NCBI RefSeq assembly: GCF_009914755.1
Contig: NC_060934.1
Strand: one strand, 5' to 3'
From: the human T2T-CHM13v2.0 reference genome, Homo sapiens
Length of the DNA stretch: 64,000 nucleotides
Position numbers and translations under genes: made by a program. The notes under the pieces were generated by a model, which saw only the letters and a program-made list of their open reading frames with translations, made no database searches and was not told the origin of the DNA. Shown here one piece after another: positions 13,201 through 28,300 of the stretch (position 1 is its first letter; the number at the start of each line of letters is the position of its first letter).

Positions 13201-16200
13201 GGAATGGAATGGAATGGAATGGAATGGAATCGAATGGAATGGAATGGAATGGAATGAACACGAGTGGAATGGAATGGAATGGAATGGAATGGAATGGAAT
13301 AGAATGTAATGGAATGAACTCGAGTGGAAAGGAATGGAAGGGAAAGGAATGGAATGGAAAGGAAAGGAATGGAATGCAATAGAATGCCATGGTATGGAAT
13401 GGAGTCAACCCGAGTGGATTGGAATAGAACGGAATGGAATGGAATGAAATGGAATGGAATGGAATGCAACGGAAAGGAGTGGAATGGAATAAACACCAAT
13501 GGAATGGAATGGAATGGGATGGACAGGAATGGAATGGAATGGAATGGAATGGACTAGAATGGAACGGAATGGAATGAAATCAACCTGATTGGAATGGAAT
13601 GGAATGCAATGGAATGGAATGGAATCAATTGGAAAGGAATGAAATGAATGGAATGGACAGGAATGGAATGGAATGGAATGGAATGGAATGGCATGGAATG
13701 GAAAGGAATCAAACCGGGTAGAATGCAATTAAATGGAATGGAATGGAATGGAATGGAATCAACCCGAGTGGAATGGAATGGAATGGAATGGAATGAAATA
13801 AACAAGAGTGGAATGGAATGGAATGGAATGGAATGGAATGGAATGGAATGGAATGGAGTAGAATGGAATGGAATCAAGTCGAGTGGAAAAGAATGGATTG
13901 GAAAGGAATGGAAAGGAAAGGAAAGGAATGGAATGCAATGGAATGCAATGGTATGGAATGGATTAAACCCGAGTGCAATGGAATGCAATGGAATGGAATG
14001 TAATGGAATGGAATGGAATGCAGTGGCATGGAGTGGAATGGAATAAACACCATTGGAAAGGAATGGAATGCAATGGAATGTAATGGAATGGATTGGAATG
14101 GAATGGAATGGAATGGATTGGAGTGCAATGAAATCAACCCGATAGGAATGGAATGGAATGCAATGGAATGGAATGGAATCAACTGGAAAGGAATCAAAAG
14201 GAACGGAATGGAATGGAATGGAATGGAATGGGATGGAATTACCCCGAGTGGAATGCAGTGGAATGGAATGGAATGGAATGGAATGGAATGGAATGGAATG
14301 GAATGAAATCAACCCGAATGGAATGGATTGGCATAGAGTGGAATGGAATGGAACGGCATGGAATGCAATGGAATCAACTAGAATAGAATGGGATGGAATG
14401 GAAAGGATTGGAATGAACTGGAATGGAATGGAATGGAATGAAATTTAATGCAATGGAATGGAATGGAATGGAGTCAACCCGAGTGGAGTGGAATAGAATG
14501 GAATGGAAATGAATGGAATGGAATGGAATGGAATGGAACGGAACTGAATGCAATGAACCCGAGTGGAATAGAATGGAATGGAATGGAATAAACACGAATG
14601 GAATGGAATGGAATGGAATAGAATGGAATGGAATGGAATCAACTCGAGTGGAATGAAATGTAACGTCATGGAATGGAATGGAATGGAATGGAATGGAATG
14701 GAATGGAATGGAATGGAATCAACCCGACTGGAATGGAATGGAATGCAATCATCCCTAGTGGAATTGAATGGAATGGAATGGAATACCATGGAATGGAATG
14801 GAATGGAAGGCATTGGAATCAACTGCAATGGAATGGAAATAATGAAATGAAATGGAATGGAATGGAATGGAATGGAATGGAATGGAATGGAATGGAATGG
14901 AATCAACTCCAGTGGAATGGAGTGGAATGGAATGGATTATAATGGAATGGAAAGGAATCAATCTGGGTGGAATGGTATGGAATGGAATGGAGTGGAATGG
15001 AATGGAATGGAATGGTACGGAATGGAATGGAATCAACCCGAATGGAATGAAATGGAAAGGAATGGAAAGGAATGGAAAGGAATGGAAAGGAATGGAATGG
15101 AATGGAATCAACCCGAATGGACTGGAATGGAATGGAATGGAATGGAATCAACTCAACTCGAATGGAAAAGAATGGAATGGAACGGAACGGAATGCAATGA
15201 ACCCGAGTGAAATGGAATGGAATGGAATGGTATGGAATCATCCCGAGTGGAATGGAATGGAATAGAATGGAATAAACACGAGTGGAATGGAATGGAATGG
15301 AATGGAATGAAATGGAATGGAAAGGAATGGACTAGAATGGAATGGAAATGAAAGGAATTTAATGCAATGGTATGGAATGGAGTCAACCCGAGTGGAATGG
15401 AATGGAATGGAATGGAATGAAATGGAATGGAATGGAATGCAATGGAATGGAGTGGAATGGAATAAACACCAGTGGACTGGAATGGAACGGAATGGAATGG
15501 ACAGGAATGGAATGGAATGGAAAGGACTAGAATGGCATGGAATGGAATGAAATCAACCCGATTGGAATGGAATGGAATGCAATGGAATGGAATGGAATAG
15601 AATCAACTCGAGTGGAAAGGAATGGAATGGAAAGGAATGGAATGGAAAGGAAAGGAATGGAATGCAATGGAATGCAATGGTATGGAATGGAGTCAACCCG
15701 AGTGGAATGGAATGGAATGTAATGGAATGTAATGGAATGAAATGGAATGGAATGGAATGCAATGGAATGGAGTGGAATGGAATAAACACCAGTGGAATGG
15801 AATGCAATGGAATGGAGTGGAATGGAAAGAAATGGAATGGAATGGAATGGAATGGAATGGAATGGACAGGAAAGGAAAGGAATGGAATGGAATGGAATGG
15901 AATGGACTAGAATGGAATGGAATGGAATTAAATCAACCCTATTAGAATGGAATGGAATGGAATCAACTGGAAAGGAACAAAATGGAATGGAATGGAATGG
16001 AATGGAATGGAATCCACCCGAGTCGAATGCAATGGAATGGAATGGAATAAACCAGGGTGGAATGGATTGGATTGGAGTAGAACGGAATGGAACGGCATGT
16101 AGTGCAATGGAATCAACTATAATGGAATGGAATGGAATCGAACGGAATCAACCTGAGTGGAATGGAATGGAATGGAATGGAATGAATGGAATGGAATGGA

Positions 16201-19200
16201 ATGGATACTAATGGAATGGAATGGAAAGGAAACAACCCGAGTGGAATGGAATGCAATGGAATGGAATAGAATGGAATGGAATGGAATGGAATGGAATGGA
16301 ATGGAATGGAATGGAATGGAATGGAATTCAATGTAATGGAAACAAACCGAGTGGAATGTAATGGAATGGAAAGGAATGGAATGTAATGGAATGGATTGGA
16401 ATCAAACTGATTCCAATGCAATGCAATGGAATGGAATGGAATGGATGTTCATGGAATGGAATGGAATGGAATGGAATGGAATGGAATGGAATGGAATGGA
16501 ATGGATTCAACCCGAGTGGAGTGGAATGGAATGGAATGGAAATGAATGGAATGGAATGGAATGGAATGGCATGGAATGGAACGGAACGGAACGGAAAGAA
16601 CCCGAGTGGAATGGAATGGAATGGAATGGAATGGAATGGAACGGAATGGAATGTACCCAATTGGAATGGAATGGAATGGAATGGAATGGAATGGATTGGA
16701 ATGGAATGGAATGGCATGTAATAAACACGATTGGAATGGAATGGAATGGAATGGAATGGAAAGGAATGGAATAGAATGTAATGGAATCAACTCGAGTGGA
16801 AAGGAATGGAATGGAAAGGAATGAAATGGAAAGGAAAGAATGGAATGCAATAGAATGCAATAGTATGGAATGGAGTCAACCCGAGTGGAATGGAATGGAA
16901 TGGAATGGAATGGAATGAAATGGAATGGCATGGAATGCAATGGAATGGAGTGGAATGGAATAAACAGCAGTGGAATAGAATGGAATGGAAGGGAATAGAA
17001 TGGACAGGAATGGAATGGAATGGAATGGAATGGAATGGAATGGAATGGAATGGAATGGAATGGACTAGAATGGAACGGAATGGAATGAAATCAACCAGAT
17101 TGGAATGGAATGGAATACAATAGAATGGAATGGAATCAATTGGAAAGGAATGAAATGAATGGAATGGAATGGAATGGAATGGATTGGAATGGAATAGAAT
17201 GGAATGGAATCAACCCGAGTAGAATGCAATGGAATGCAAAGGAATGGAATCAACCAGAGTGGAATGGAATGGAATGGAAAGCAATGGAATGGAATGGAAT
17301 GAAATGGAATTAACCCGAGTAGAATGCAATGGAATGGAATGAAATGGAATGGAATGAAATCAACCCTAATGGAATGGATTGGAATAGAATGGAATGGAAT
17401 GGAGTGGCATGGAATGTAATGGAATCAACAAGAGTGGAATGGAATGGAATGAAATGGACAGGAATGGAATGGAATGGAATGGACTGGAATGGACTAGAAT
17501 GGATTGGAATGGAATGAAATCAACCCGATTGGAATGGAATGGAATGCAATGGAATGGAATGGAATCAACCCGAGAGCAATGCAATCGAATGGAATGGAAT
17601 GGAATGGAATCACCCCGAGTGGAATGGATTGGAATGGAGTGAAATGGAATGGAGCGGCCTGGAATTCAATGGAATCAACTAGAATGGAATGGAATGGAAT
17701 GGATTGGAATAAATGGAATGGAATGGAATGGAAACTAATGGAATGTAATTGAAAGGAAACAACCCGAGTGGAATGGAATGCAATGGAATGCAATGGAATG
17801 GAATGGAATGGAATGGAAAGGAATGGAATGGAATGGAATGGAATTCAATGTAATGGAAAAAAAGCGAGGGAATGGAATGGAATGGAAAGGACTGGAATGT
17901 AATGGAATGGATAGGAGACAACCCGATTCCAACGCAATGGAATGGAATGGAATGGAAAGGAATGGAATGAACTGGAATGGAATTGAAAGGAATGGAATGA
18001 ATTGGAATGGAATGGAATGGAATGGAATTTAATGGAATGGAATGGAATGGAATGGAATGGAATCAACCTGAGTAGAGTGGAATGGAATGGAATGGAAATG
18101 AATGCAATGGAATGGAAAGGAATGGAACGGAATGGAATGGAATGAACCCGAGTGGAATGGAATGGAATGGAATGGAATGGAATGGAATGGAATCTACCCG
18201 AGTAGAATGGAATGGAATGGAATGGAATGGAATGGAATGGAATCGAATGGAATGGAATGGAATGGAATGAACACGAGTGGAATGGAATGGAATGGAATGG
18301 AATGGAATGGAATAGAATGTAATGGAATGAACTCGAGTGGAAAGGAATGGAAGGGAAAGGAATGGAATGGAAAGGAAAGGAATGGAATGCAATAGAATGC
18401 CATGGTATGGAATGGAGTCAACCCGAGTGGATTGGAATAGAACGGAATGGAATGGAATGAAATGGAATGGAATGGAATGCAACGGAAAGGAGTGGAATGG
18501 AATAAACACCAATGGAATGGAATGGAATGGGATGGACAGGAATGGAATGGAATGGAATGGAATGGAATGGAATGGACTAGAATGGAACGGAATGGAATGA
18601 AATCAACCTGATTGGAATGGAATGGAATGCAATGGAATGGAATGGAATCAATTGGAAAGGAATGAAATGAATGGAATGGACAGGAATGGAATGGAATGGA
18701 ATGGAATGGAATGGCATGGAATGGAAAGGAATCAAACCGGGTAGAATGCAATTAAATGGAATGGAATGGAATGGAATGGAATCAACCCGAGTGGAATGGA
18801 ATGGAATGGAATGGAATGAAATAAACAAGAGTGGAATGGAATGGAATGGAATGGAATGGAATGGAATGGAGTAGAATGGAATGGAATCAAGTCGAGTGGA
18901 AAAGAATGGATTGGAAAGGAATGGAAAGGAAAGGAAAGGAATGGAATGCAATGGAATGCAATGGTATGGAATGGATTAAACCCGAGTGCAATGGAATGCA
19001 ATGGAAAGGAATGTAATGGAATGGAATGGAATGCAGTGGCATGGAGTGGAATGGAATAAACACCAGTGGAAAGGAATGGAATGCAATGGAATGTAATGGA
19101 ATGGATTGGAATGGAATGGAATGGAATGGATTGGAGTGCAATGAAATCAACCCGATAGGAATGGAATGGAATGCAATGGAATGGAATGGAATCAACTGGA

Positions 19201-20145
19201 AAGGAATCAAAAGGAACGGAATGGAATGGAATGGGATGGAATTACCCCGAGTGGAATGCAGTGGAATGGAATGGAATGGAATGAAATCAACCCGAATGGA
19301 ATGGATTGGCATAGAGTGGAATGGAATGGAACGGCATGGAATGCAATGGAATCAACTAGAATAGAATGGGATGGAATGGAAAGGATTGGAATGAACTGGA
19401 ATGGAATGGAATGGAATGAAATTTAATGCAATGGAATGGAATGGAATGGAGTCAACCCGAGTGGAGTGGAATAGAATGGAATGGAAATGAATGGAATGGA
19501 ATGGAATGGAATGGAACGGAACTGAATGCAATGAACCCGAGTGGAATAGAATGGAATGGAATGGAATAAACACGAATGGAATGGAATGGAATGGAATAGA
19601 ATGGAATGGAATGGAATCAACTCGAGTGGAATGAAATGTAACGTCATGGAATGGAATGGAATGGAATGGAATGGAATGGAATGGAATGGAATCAACCCGA
19701 CTGGAATGGAATGGAATGCAATCATCCCTAGTGGAATTGAATGGAATGGAATGGAATACCATGGAATGGAATGGAATGGAAGGCATTGGAATCAACTGCA
19801 ATGGAATGGAAATAATGAAATGAAATGGAATGGAATGGAATGGAATGGAATGGAATGGAATGGAATGGAATCAACTCCAGTGGAATGGAGTGGAATGGAA
19901 TGGATTATAATGGAATGGAAAGGAATCAATCTGGGTGGAATGGTATGGAATGGAATGGAGTGGAATGGAATGGAATGGAATGGAACGGAATGGAATGGAA
20001 TCAACCCGAATGGAATGAAATGGAAAGGAATGGAAAGGAATGGAAAGGAATGGAATGGAATGGAATCAACCCGAATGGACTGGAATGGAGTGGAATGGAA
20101 TGGAATCAACTCAACTCGAATGGAAAAGAATGGAATGGAACGGAA
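10270..20145 (+). repeat. ~5.0-kb direct tandem duplication (10270-15185 / 15186-20145)
   Basis: Paired landmarks: CATCCCGAG 10336/15239; GATGTTC 11446/16444; AAAAAAGCGAGGG ~12840/~17858; ACGTCATGG 14663/19641; CTCAACTCG 15152/20110. Identical translated ORFs 12476..12775 and 17494..17793. Single copy in unit C (~28090-33090). Confidence 0.93.
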
Positions 20146-20269
20146 AGGAATGTAATGGAATGGAATGGAATCAACCCACGTGGAATGGAATGGAATGGAA
20201 TGCAATGGAATCAACCCAAGTGAATGGAATGGAAATGAATGGAATGGAATGGAAAGGAATGGAATGGAA

Positions 20270-21850
20270 TCAACCCGAGTGGAATGGAATGGAATGAAAT
20301 GGAGTGGAATGGAAAGGAATTGAGTGGAATGGAATGTAATGGAATCAACCCGAGTGGAATGGAATGGAATGGAATGGAATGGAAAGGAATGGAATAAATA
20401 CGAGTGGAATGGAATGGAATGGAATGGAATGGAATAGAATGGAATGGAATCAACCCGAGTGGAAAGGAATGGAATGGAAAGGAATGTAATGGAATGGAAA
20501 GGAATGGAATGCAATGGAATGCACGGGTATGGAATGGAGTCAATCCGAGTGGAATGGAATGGAATGGAATTGAATGCAATGGAATGGAATGGAATGCAAT
20601 GGAATGGAGTGGAATGGAATAAACACCAGTGGAATGGAATGGAATGGAATGGAATGGAAAGGACAGGAATGGAATGGAAAGGAATGGAATGGAATGGAAT
20701 GGAATGGAATGGAATGGACTAGAGTGGAATGGAATTCAATGAAATCAACCCGATTGGAATGGAAAGGAATGGAATCAACTGGAAAGGAATCAAATGGAAT
20801 GGAATGGAATGGAAGGGAATGGAACAGAATCAACACGACTGGAATGCAATGGAATGGAATGCAATGGAATGGAATGGAATGGAATGGAATGGAATGGAAG
20901 GGAATGGAATGCAATGGAAAGGAATGGAATGAACTGGAATGGAATGGAATGGAATGGAATTTAATGGAATGGAAAGGAATCGAATCAACGCGAGTGGAGT
21001 CGAATGGAATTGAAAGAAAATTAATAGAATGGAATGGAATGGAATGGAATGCAATGCAATGGAATGGAATAGAATGAACCCGAGTGGAATGGAATGGAAT
21101 GGAAAGGCACGGAATGGAATGGAACGGAATGCAATGGAATCAACCTGAGTGGAATGGAATGGAACGGAATCATCCCGAGTGGAATGGAATGGAATGAAAT
21201 GGAGTGGAATGGAAAGGAATTGAGTGGAATGGAATGTAATGGAATCAACCCGAGTGGAATGGAATGGAATGGAATGGAATGGAATGGAATGGAATGGAAT
21301 AGAAAGGAATGGAATAAATACGAGTGGAATGGAATGGAATGGAATGGAATGGAATAGAATGGAAAGGAATCAACCCGAGTGGAAAGGAATGGAATGGAAA
21401 GGAATGGAATGGAATGGAAAGGAATGGAATGCAATGGAATGCACGGGTATGGAATGGAGTCAATCCGAGTGGAAAGAAATGGAATGGAATTGAATGCAAT
21501 GGAATGAAATGGAATGCAATGGAATGGAGTGGAATGGAATAAACACCAGTGGAATGGAATGGAATGGAATGGAATGGAATGGAAAGGACAGGAATGGAAT
21601 GGAAAGGAATGGAATGGAATGGAATGGAATGGAATTTAATGGAATGGAATGGAATGGAATCAACGCGAGTGGAGTCGAATGGAATTGAAAGAAAATTAAT
21701 AGAATGGAATGGAATGGAATGGAATGGAATGCAATGGAATGGAATAGAATGAACCCGAGTGGAATGGAATGGAATGGAAAGGCACGGAATGGAATGGAAC
21801 GGAATGCAATGGAATCAACCTGAGTGGAATGGAATGGAATGGAATCAACC
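20270..21850 (+). repeat. ~0.9-kb tandem duplication with partly deleted second copy (shared with unit C 33215-34925)
   Basis: GCACGGGTAT at 20521/21441 (C: 33461/34346). GAAAGAAAATTAATAG with TTAAT at 21021/21696 (C: 33961/34766). Confidence 0.8.
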
Positions 21851-22824
21851 CGAGTGTAATTGAATGGAGTGGAATGCAATGGAATGGAATGGAGTGGAAG
21901 GCATTAGAATCAACTGCAATGGAATGGAATGGAATGGCATGGAATGCAATCAACCCCAGTGGAATGGAATGCATTACAATGGAATGGAAAGGAAACAATC
22001 AGGGTGGAATGGAATGGAATGGAATGGATTATAATGGAATGGAATGGAATCAATCCCGGTGGAATGGAAAAGAATGGAATGGAATGGAATGGAATGGAAT
22101 CAACCCGAATGGAACGGAAGGGAATGGAGTGGAAAAGAATCGAAAGGAATGGAATGCAAAGGAATCAACACGAATGGACAGGAATGGAATGTCATGGAAT
22201 GGAATGGAATGGAATGGAATGGCATGGAAAGGAATGGAATGGAATGGAATGCTACGGAATCAACCTGAGTGGAATGGAAATAAATGGACTGGAACGGTAT
22301 GGAATGGAATGGATTAGAATGGCATCAACCACAGTGGAATGGAATGGAATGGAATGGAATCAACCTGAGTGGAATGTAAATAAATGGACTGGAATGGTAT
22401 GGAATGGAATGGAATAGAATGGAATCAACCACAGTGGAATGGAATGGAATGGAATGGAATCAACCAAAGTGGAATGGAATTGAACGGAATGCAAAGGAAT
22501 CAAACCGAGTGGAATGGAATGGAATCAACCAAAGTGTAATGGAATAGAATGGATGCAACGGAATCAAACCAGTGGAATGGAATGGAAACGAATGGAATGG
22601 AATGGCATGGAATGGAAAGGAATGGAATGGAATCAACATGACTGGCATGGAATGGAATGGAAAGGAACGGAATGGAATGGAATGGAATGGTAAGGAATTA
22701 GCCCGAGTGGAAAGGAATGGAATGGAATGGAATGGAATGGAATGGAATGGAATGGAATGAAATGGAATGGAATGGAATGGAACGGAATCAGCCCGAGAGG
22801 AATGGAATGGAATGAAATGGAATG

Positions 22825-23345
22825 GAATGGAATCAACGAGAGTGGAACGGAATAGAATGGAATGGATTGGAATGGAATGGAAGGCAGTGGAAACAGCAGG
22901 AACGGAATTTAATGAAATGGAATGGAATGGAATGGAACGGAATCAACCTGAGTGGAATGGAACGGAATGGAATGCAATGGAATCAACCCCAGTGGAATGG
23001 AATGGAATGGAATGGAATGGAATGGAATGGAACGGAATGGAATGCAATGGAATCAACTGGAATGGAATGGAATGGAATGGAATGGAATGGAATCAACGAG
23101 AGTGGAACGGAATGGAATGGAATGGATTGGAATTGAATGGAAGGCAGTGGAAACAGCAGGAACGGAATTTAATGAAATGGAATGGAATGGAATGGAACGG
23201 AATAAACCTGAGTGGAATGGAATGGAATGGAATGCAATGGAATGGAATGGAATGGAATCAACCCTAGTGGAATGGAATGGAATGGAATGGAATGGAATGG
23301 AACGGAATGGAATGCAATGGAATCAACTGGAATGGAATGGAATGG
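22825..23345 (+). repeat. ~260-bp tandem duplication (280 bp in unit C, ~35945-36500)
   Basis: AAGGCAGTGGAAACAGCAGGAACGGAATTTAATG at 22881 and 23141, and at 36001 and 36281. Single at 5363 and 7435. Confidence 0.88.
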
Positions 23346-25316
23346 AATGGAATGGAACGGAATGGAATCAACCTGAGTGGAATGGAATGGAATGGAATGG
23401 AATGCAATGGAATGGAATGGAACGGAGTGGAATTCAACGGAATGGAAACAACCCGAGTGAAATGGCATGGAATGGAACGGACTTGAATGTAATGGAAAGG
23501 AGTGGAATCAACCCGATTAGAAAGCAATGGAACGGAATGGAATGGAATGGAATGGAATGGAATGGAACGGAATGGAATGGAATGGAATGGAATGGAAGGG
23601 AATGGAATGCAATGGAATGGAAAGGAATGGAAAGGAATGGAATCAACTGGAATGGAATGGAATGGAATGGAAGCAACAAGAAGTGGCATGGAATGGAATG
23701 GATTGGAATGGAATCGAATCAACTGGAATGCTATGGAATGAAATCAAGCCGAGTGGAATGGAATGGAATGGAATGGAATGGAATGGAATGGAATGGAACC
23801 AACTGGAATGGAATGAAATGGAATGGAATGGAGTGGAATGGAATGGAATGGAATGGAATGGAATCAACCCGAGTGGAATGGAATGGAATGGAATGGAATG
23901 GAATGGAATGGAATGGAATCAACCCGAGTGGAGTGGAATAAAATGGAATGGAATGGAATGGAATGGAATGTACTCAACCCGAGTGGAACGGAATGGAATG
24001 GGATGGAATGGAATTGAATGGAATGGAATGGAATGGAATTAACCCGAGTGGAATGAATGGAAAGGAATGGAATGGAATCGAATGGAATGGAATGGAATGG
24101 AGCGAAATGGAATTGAATGGAATCAACAAGATTGGAATGGAATGAATGGAATGGAATGGAATAGAAAGTAATGGAACGGAATGGAATGGAATCAACCCGA
24201 ATGGAAGGGAATGGAATTGAATGGAATGGAATGGATTGGAATCCACCCATGTGGAATGGAATGGAATGGAATGGAATGGAATGGAATGGAATGGAATGGA
24301 GTAGAATGTAAAGGAATGGAATGGAAAGGAATGGAATGGAATGGAATGGAATGCAATTTAATTAAATGGAATGGAATCAACCAGAGTGGAATGTACTGGA
24401 ATGGATTGGAATGGAAAGGAATGGAGTGGAATCAACCCGAGTGAAATGGAATGGAATGGGATGGAATGGAATGGAATGGAATGGAAAGGACGGGAATCAA
24501 CCCGAGTGGAATGGAATGGAATGGAATGGATTCAACACGAGTGGAATGGAATGGAATGGAATGCAATGGAATGGAATGGAATGGAATGGAATCAGCTGCA
24601 GTGGAATGGAATGGAATGGGATGGAATGGAATGGACAGGAAAAGAATGGAATGGAATATAACGGAGTGGAATCAACACGAGTGGAATGGAATGGAATCAA
24701 ATTGAATGGAATGGAAGGAAAGGAATGCAATGGAATGGAATCAACCTCAGTGGAACAGAAAGGAATGTAATGAAATGGAATGGAATAGAATGGAATGGAA
24801 TGCAATGGAATGGAATGGAATGGAATGGAATGGAATGGAATGGTTTGGAATGGGATGGAATCAACCCAAGTGGAACGGACTGGAATGGAGTGGAATGGAA
24901 TGGAACGGCATGGAATGATATGGAATCAAATAGAATGGAATGGAATGGGATGGATTGGAATGGAATCGAACGGAATCAACCTGAGTGGAATGGAATGGAA
25001 TGGAAAGGAATGGAATGAATGGAAAGGAATGGAATGGAAACTAATGGAATAGAATGGAAAGGAAACAACCCGAGTGGAACGGAATGCAATGGAATGCAAT
25101 GGAATGGAATTGAATTCAATGTAATGGAAACAAACCGAGTGGAATGTAATGTAATGGAAAGGACTGGAATGTAATGGAATGGATTGGAATCCACCCGATT
25201 GCAATGCAATGGAATGGAATGGAATGGAATGGAATGGAATGGAATAGATTGGAATGGAATGGAATGGAACGGAATGGAATGGAATGGAAGGGAATGGAAT
25301 GGAATGGAAAGGAATG

Positions 25317-28300
25317 GAATGAACTGGAATGCAATGGAATGCAATTTAATGGAATGGAATGGAATGGAATCAACCTGAGTGGAGTGGAATGGAATGGAAT
25401 GGAAATGAATGGATTGGAATGGAATGGAATGGAATGGAAACTAATGGAATGGAATGCAAACAACCCGAGTGGAATGGAATGCAATGGAATGGAATGGAAT
25501 GGAATGGAATGGAATGGAATGGAATTCAACAGAATGGAAACACCCCGAGTGAAATGGCATGGAATGGAAAGGACTTGAATGTAATGGAATGGATTGGAAT
25601 CAACCCGATTAGAAAGCAATGGAATGGAATGGAATGGAATGGAATGGAATGGAAGGGAATGGAATGGAATGGCATGGAATGGAAAGGAATGGAATGGAAT
25701 GGAAGGGATTGGAATGGAATGGAATGGATTAGAATGGAATGGAATGGAATGAAATCAACCCGATTGGAATGGAATGGAATGCAATGTAATGGAATGGAAT
25801 AAACTGGAAAGGATTGAAATGGAATGGAATGGAATGGAACGGAATCAACCCGAGTGGAATGCAATGGAATGGAATGGAATGGAATGAAATGAAATCAACC
25901 CGGGTGGAATGGATTGGAATGGAGTGGAATGGAATGGAATGGCATGGAATGCAATGGAATCAACTGCAATGGTATGGAATGGAATGGAATGGAATGGAAT
26001 GGAATGGAATGGAATCAAACGGAATCAACCTGAGTGGAATGGAAAGGAATGGAATGGAATGAATGGAATGGAAACTAATGGAATGGAATGGAAAGGAAAC
26101 AACCCGAGTGGAATAGAAAGCAATGGAATGCAATGGAATGGAATGCAATGGAATGGAATTTGATATAATGGAAAAAAAAACGACTGGAATGCAATGGAAT
26201 GGAAAGGACTGCAATGTAATGGAATGGATAGGAATCAACCCGATTCCAATGCAACGGAATTGAATGGAATGGAAACGAATGGAATGAACTGGAATGGAAC
26301 GGAATGGAATGGAAATGAATGGAATGGAATGGAATGGAACGGAAAGCAATGGAATGGAACAGAATGGAATGAACCCGAGTGGAATGGAATGGAATGGAAT
26401 GGAATGGAAAGGAACGGAATAGAATGGAATGGAATGAATGGAATGGACACGAGTGGAATGGAAAGGAATGGAATGGATTGGAATGGAATGGAATGGAATC
26501 AACCCGAGTGGAATAGAATGGAATGGAATGGAGTGGAATGGAATGGAATGGGACGGAATGGAATGGAATGGCATGGAATAGAATGGAACGGAACGGAAAG
26601 GAACGGAATGGAATGGTATCAACCTGAATGAAATGGAATGAAATGGAATGGAATCAACCAGAGTGGAATGCTACGGAATGGAATGGAATGGAATGGAATG
26701 GAATGAAATCAACCCGAGTGGAATGGATAGGAATAGAGAGGAATTGAATGGAACGGCATGGAATGCAATGGAATCAACCAGAATGGAATGTAATATAATG
26801 GAATGGAATGGAATGGAATAGAATCAACCCGAGTGAAATGGAATGGAAGGGAATGGAATAGAAAGGAATGGAAAGCAATGGATTGGAATCAAACAAATGG
26901 AATGGAATGGAATGGAATGGAAAGGAAGAGAGTGGAATCAATTCGAGTGCAATGTAATGGTATAGAATGAAATGGAATGGAATGGAATGGAATCAACCAG
27001 AGTGCAATGGAATGGAAAGAAATTGAAATGAATGGAATGGAATGGAATGGAATGGAATGGAATGGAATGGAATGCAACGGCATGGAATGGAATGGAATGG
27101 AGTGGAATCAACCCGAGTGGAATGGAATGGAATGGAATCTAACGGCATGGAATGGAATGGAATGGACTGAAATCAACCCGAGTGGAATAGAATGGAATGG
27201 AATGGACTGGAATGCAATGGAATGGAATGGAATCAACCCGAGTGAAATGAAATGGAATGGAATGGAGTGGAAAGGAATACAATGGAATGGAATGGAATGG
27301 AATGGAATGGAATGGAATCAACACGAGTGGAATGGAATGGAATGGAATGGAATGAAATAAACACGAGTGGAATGGAATGGAATGGAATGGACTGGATTAA
27401 ACACTAGTGGAATGGAATGGAATGGAATGGAATGGACTAGAATGGAATGGAATCAACTCGAGTGGAAAAGAATGGAATGGAAAGCAATGGAATGGAAAGG
27501 AAAGTAATGGAATGCACTGGAATGCAAAGGTATGGAATTGAGTCAACCAGAATGGAGTGGAAAAGAATGAAATGGAATGGAATGGAATGCAATGGAATGG
27601 AGTGGAATGGAATAAACACCAGTGGAATGGAATGGAATGGAATGGAATGGAATGGAATGGACAGGATTGGAATGGAATGGAACGGAATGCTATGGAATGG
27701 AATGGAATCAACTGGAAAAGAATGAAATGGAATGGAATGGAATGGAATGGAATGGAATGGAATCAACACGAGTGGAATGCAATGGAATGGAATGGAATGG
27801 AATGGAATGGAATGGAATAAAATCAACCCGAGTGGAATGCATAGGAATAGAGTGGAATGGAAAGGAAAGGCATGGAATGCAATGGAATCAACACGAATGG
27901 AATGGAATGGAATGGAATGGAATAAACACGAATGGAATGGAAGGGAATGGAATGTAATGGAAAGGAATGGAATGACCTGGAGTGGAATGGAATGGAATGG
28001 AATTTAATGGAATGGAATGGAATGGAATCAACCTGAGTGGAGTGGAATGGAATGGAATGGAAATTCATGGAATGGAATGGAATGGAATGGAACGGAACGG
28101 AATGCAATGAACCCGAGTGAAATGGAATTGAATGGAATGGTATGGAATCATCCCGAGTGGAATGGAATGGAATAGAATGGAATAAACACGAGTGGAATGG
28201 AATGGAATGGAATGGAATGAAATGGAATGGAAAGGAATGGACTAGAATGGAATGGAAATGAAAGGAATTTAATGCAATGGTATGGAATGGAGTCAACCCG

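Larger units (their letters stand above)
8546..25316 (+). repeat. Higher-order unit copy B (lacks first ~1.1 kb; contains 5-kb tandem duplication)
   Basis: Colinear with C from ~26405 onward (GGATAGGAATAGAGAGG 8883 vs 26724; GAAAGAAAATTAAT ~21012 vs ~33952; CAGCTGCAG 24593 vs 37793). Confidence 0.82.
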
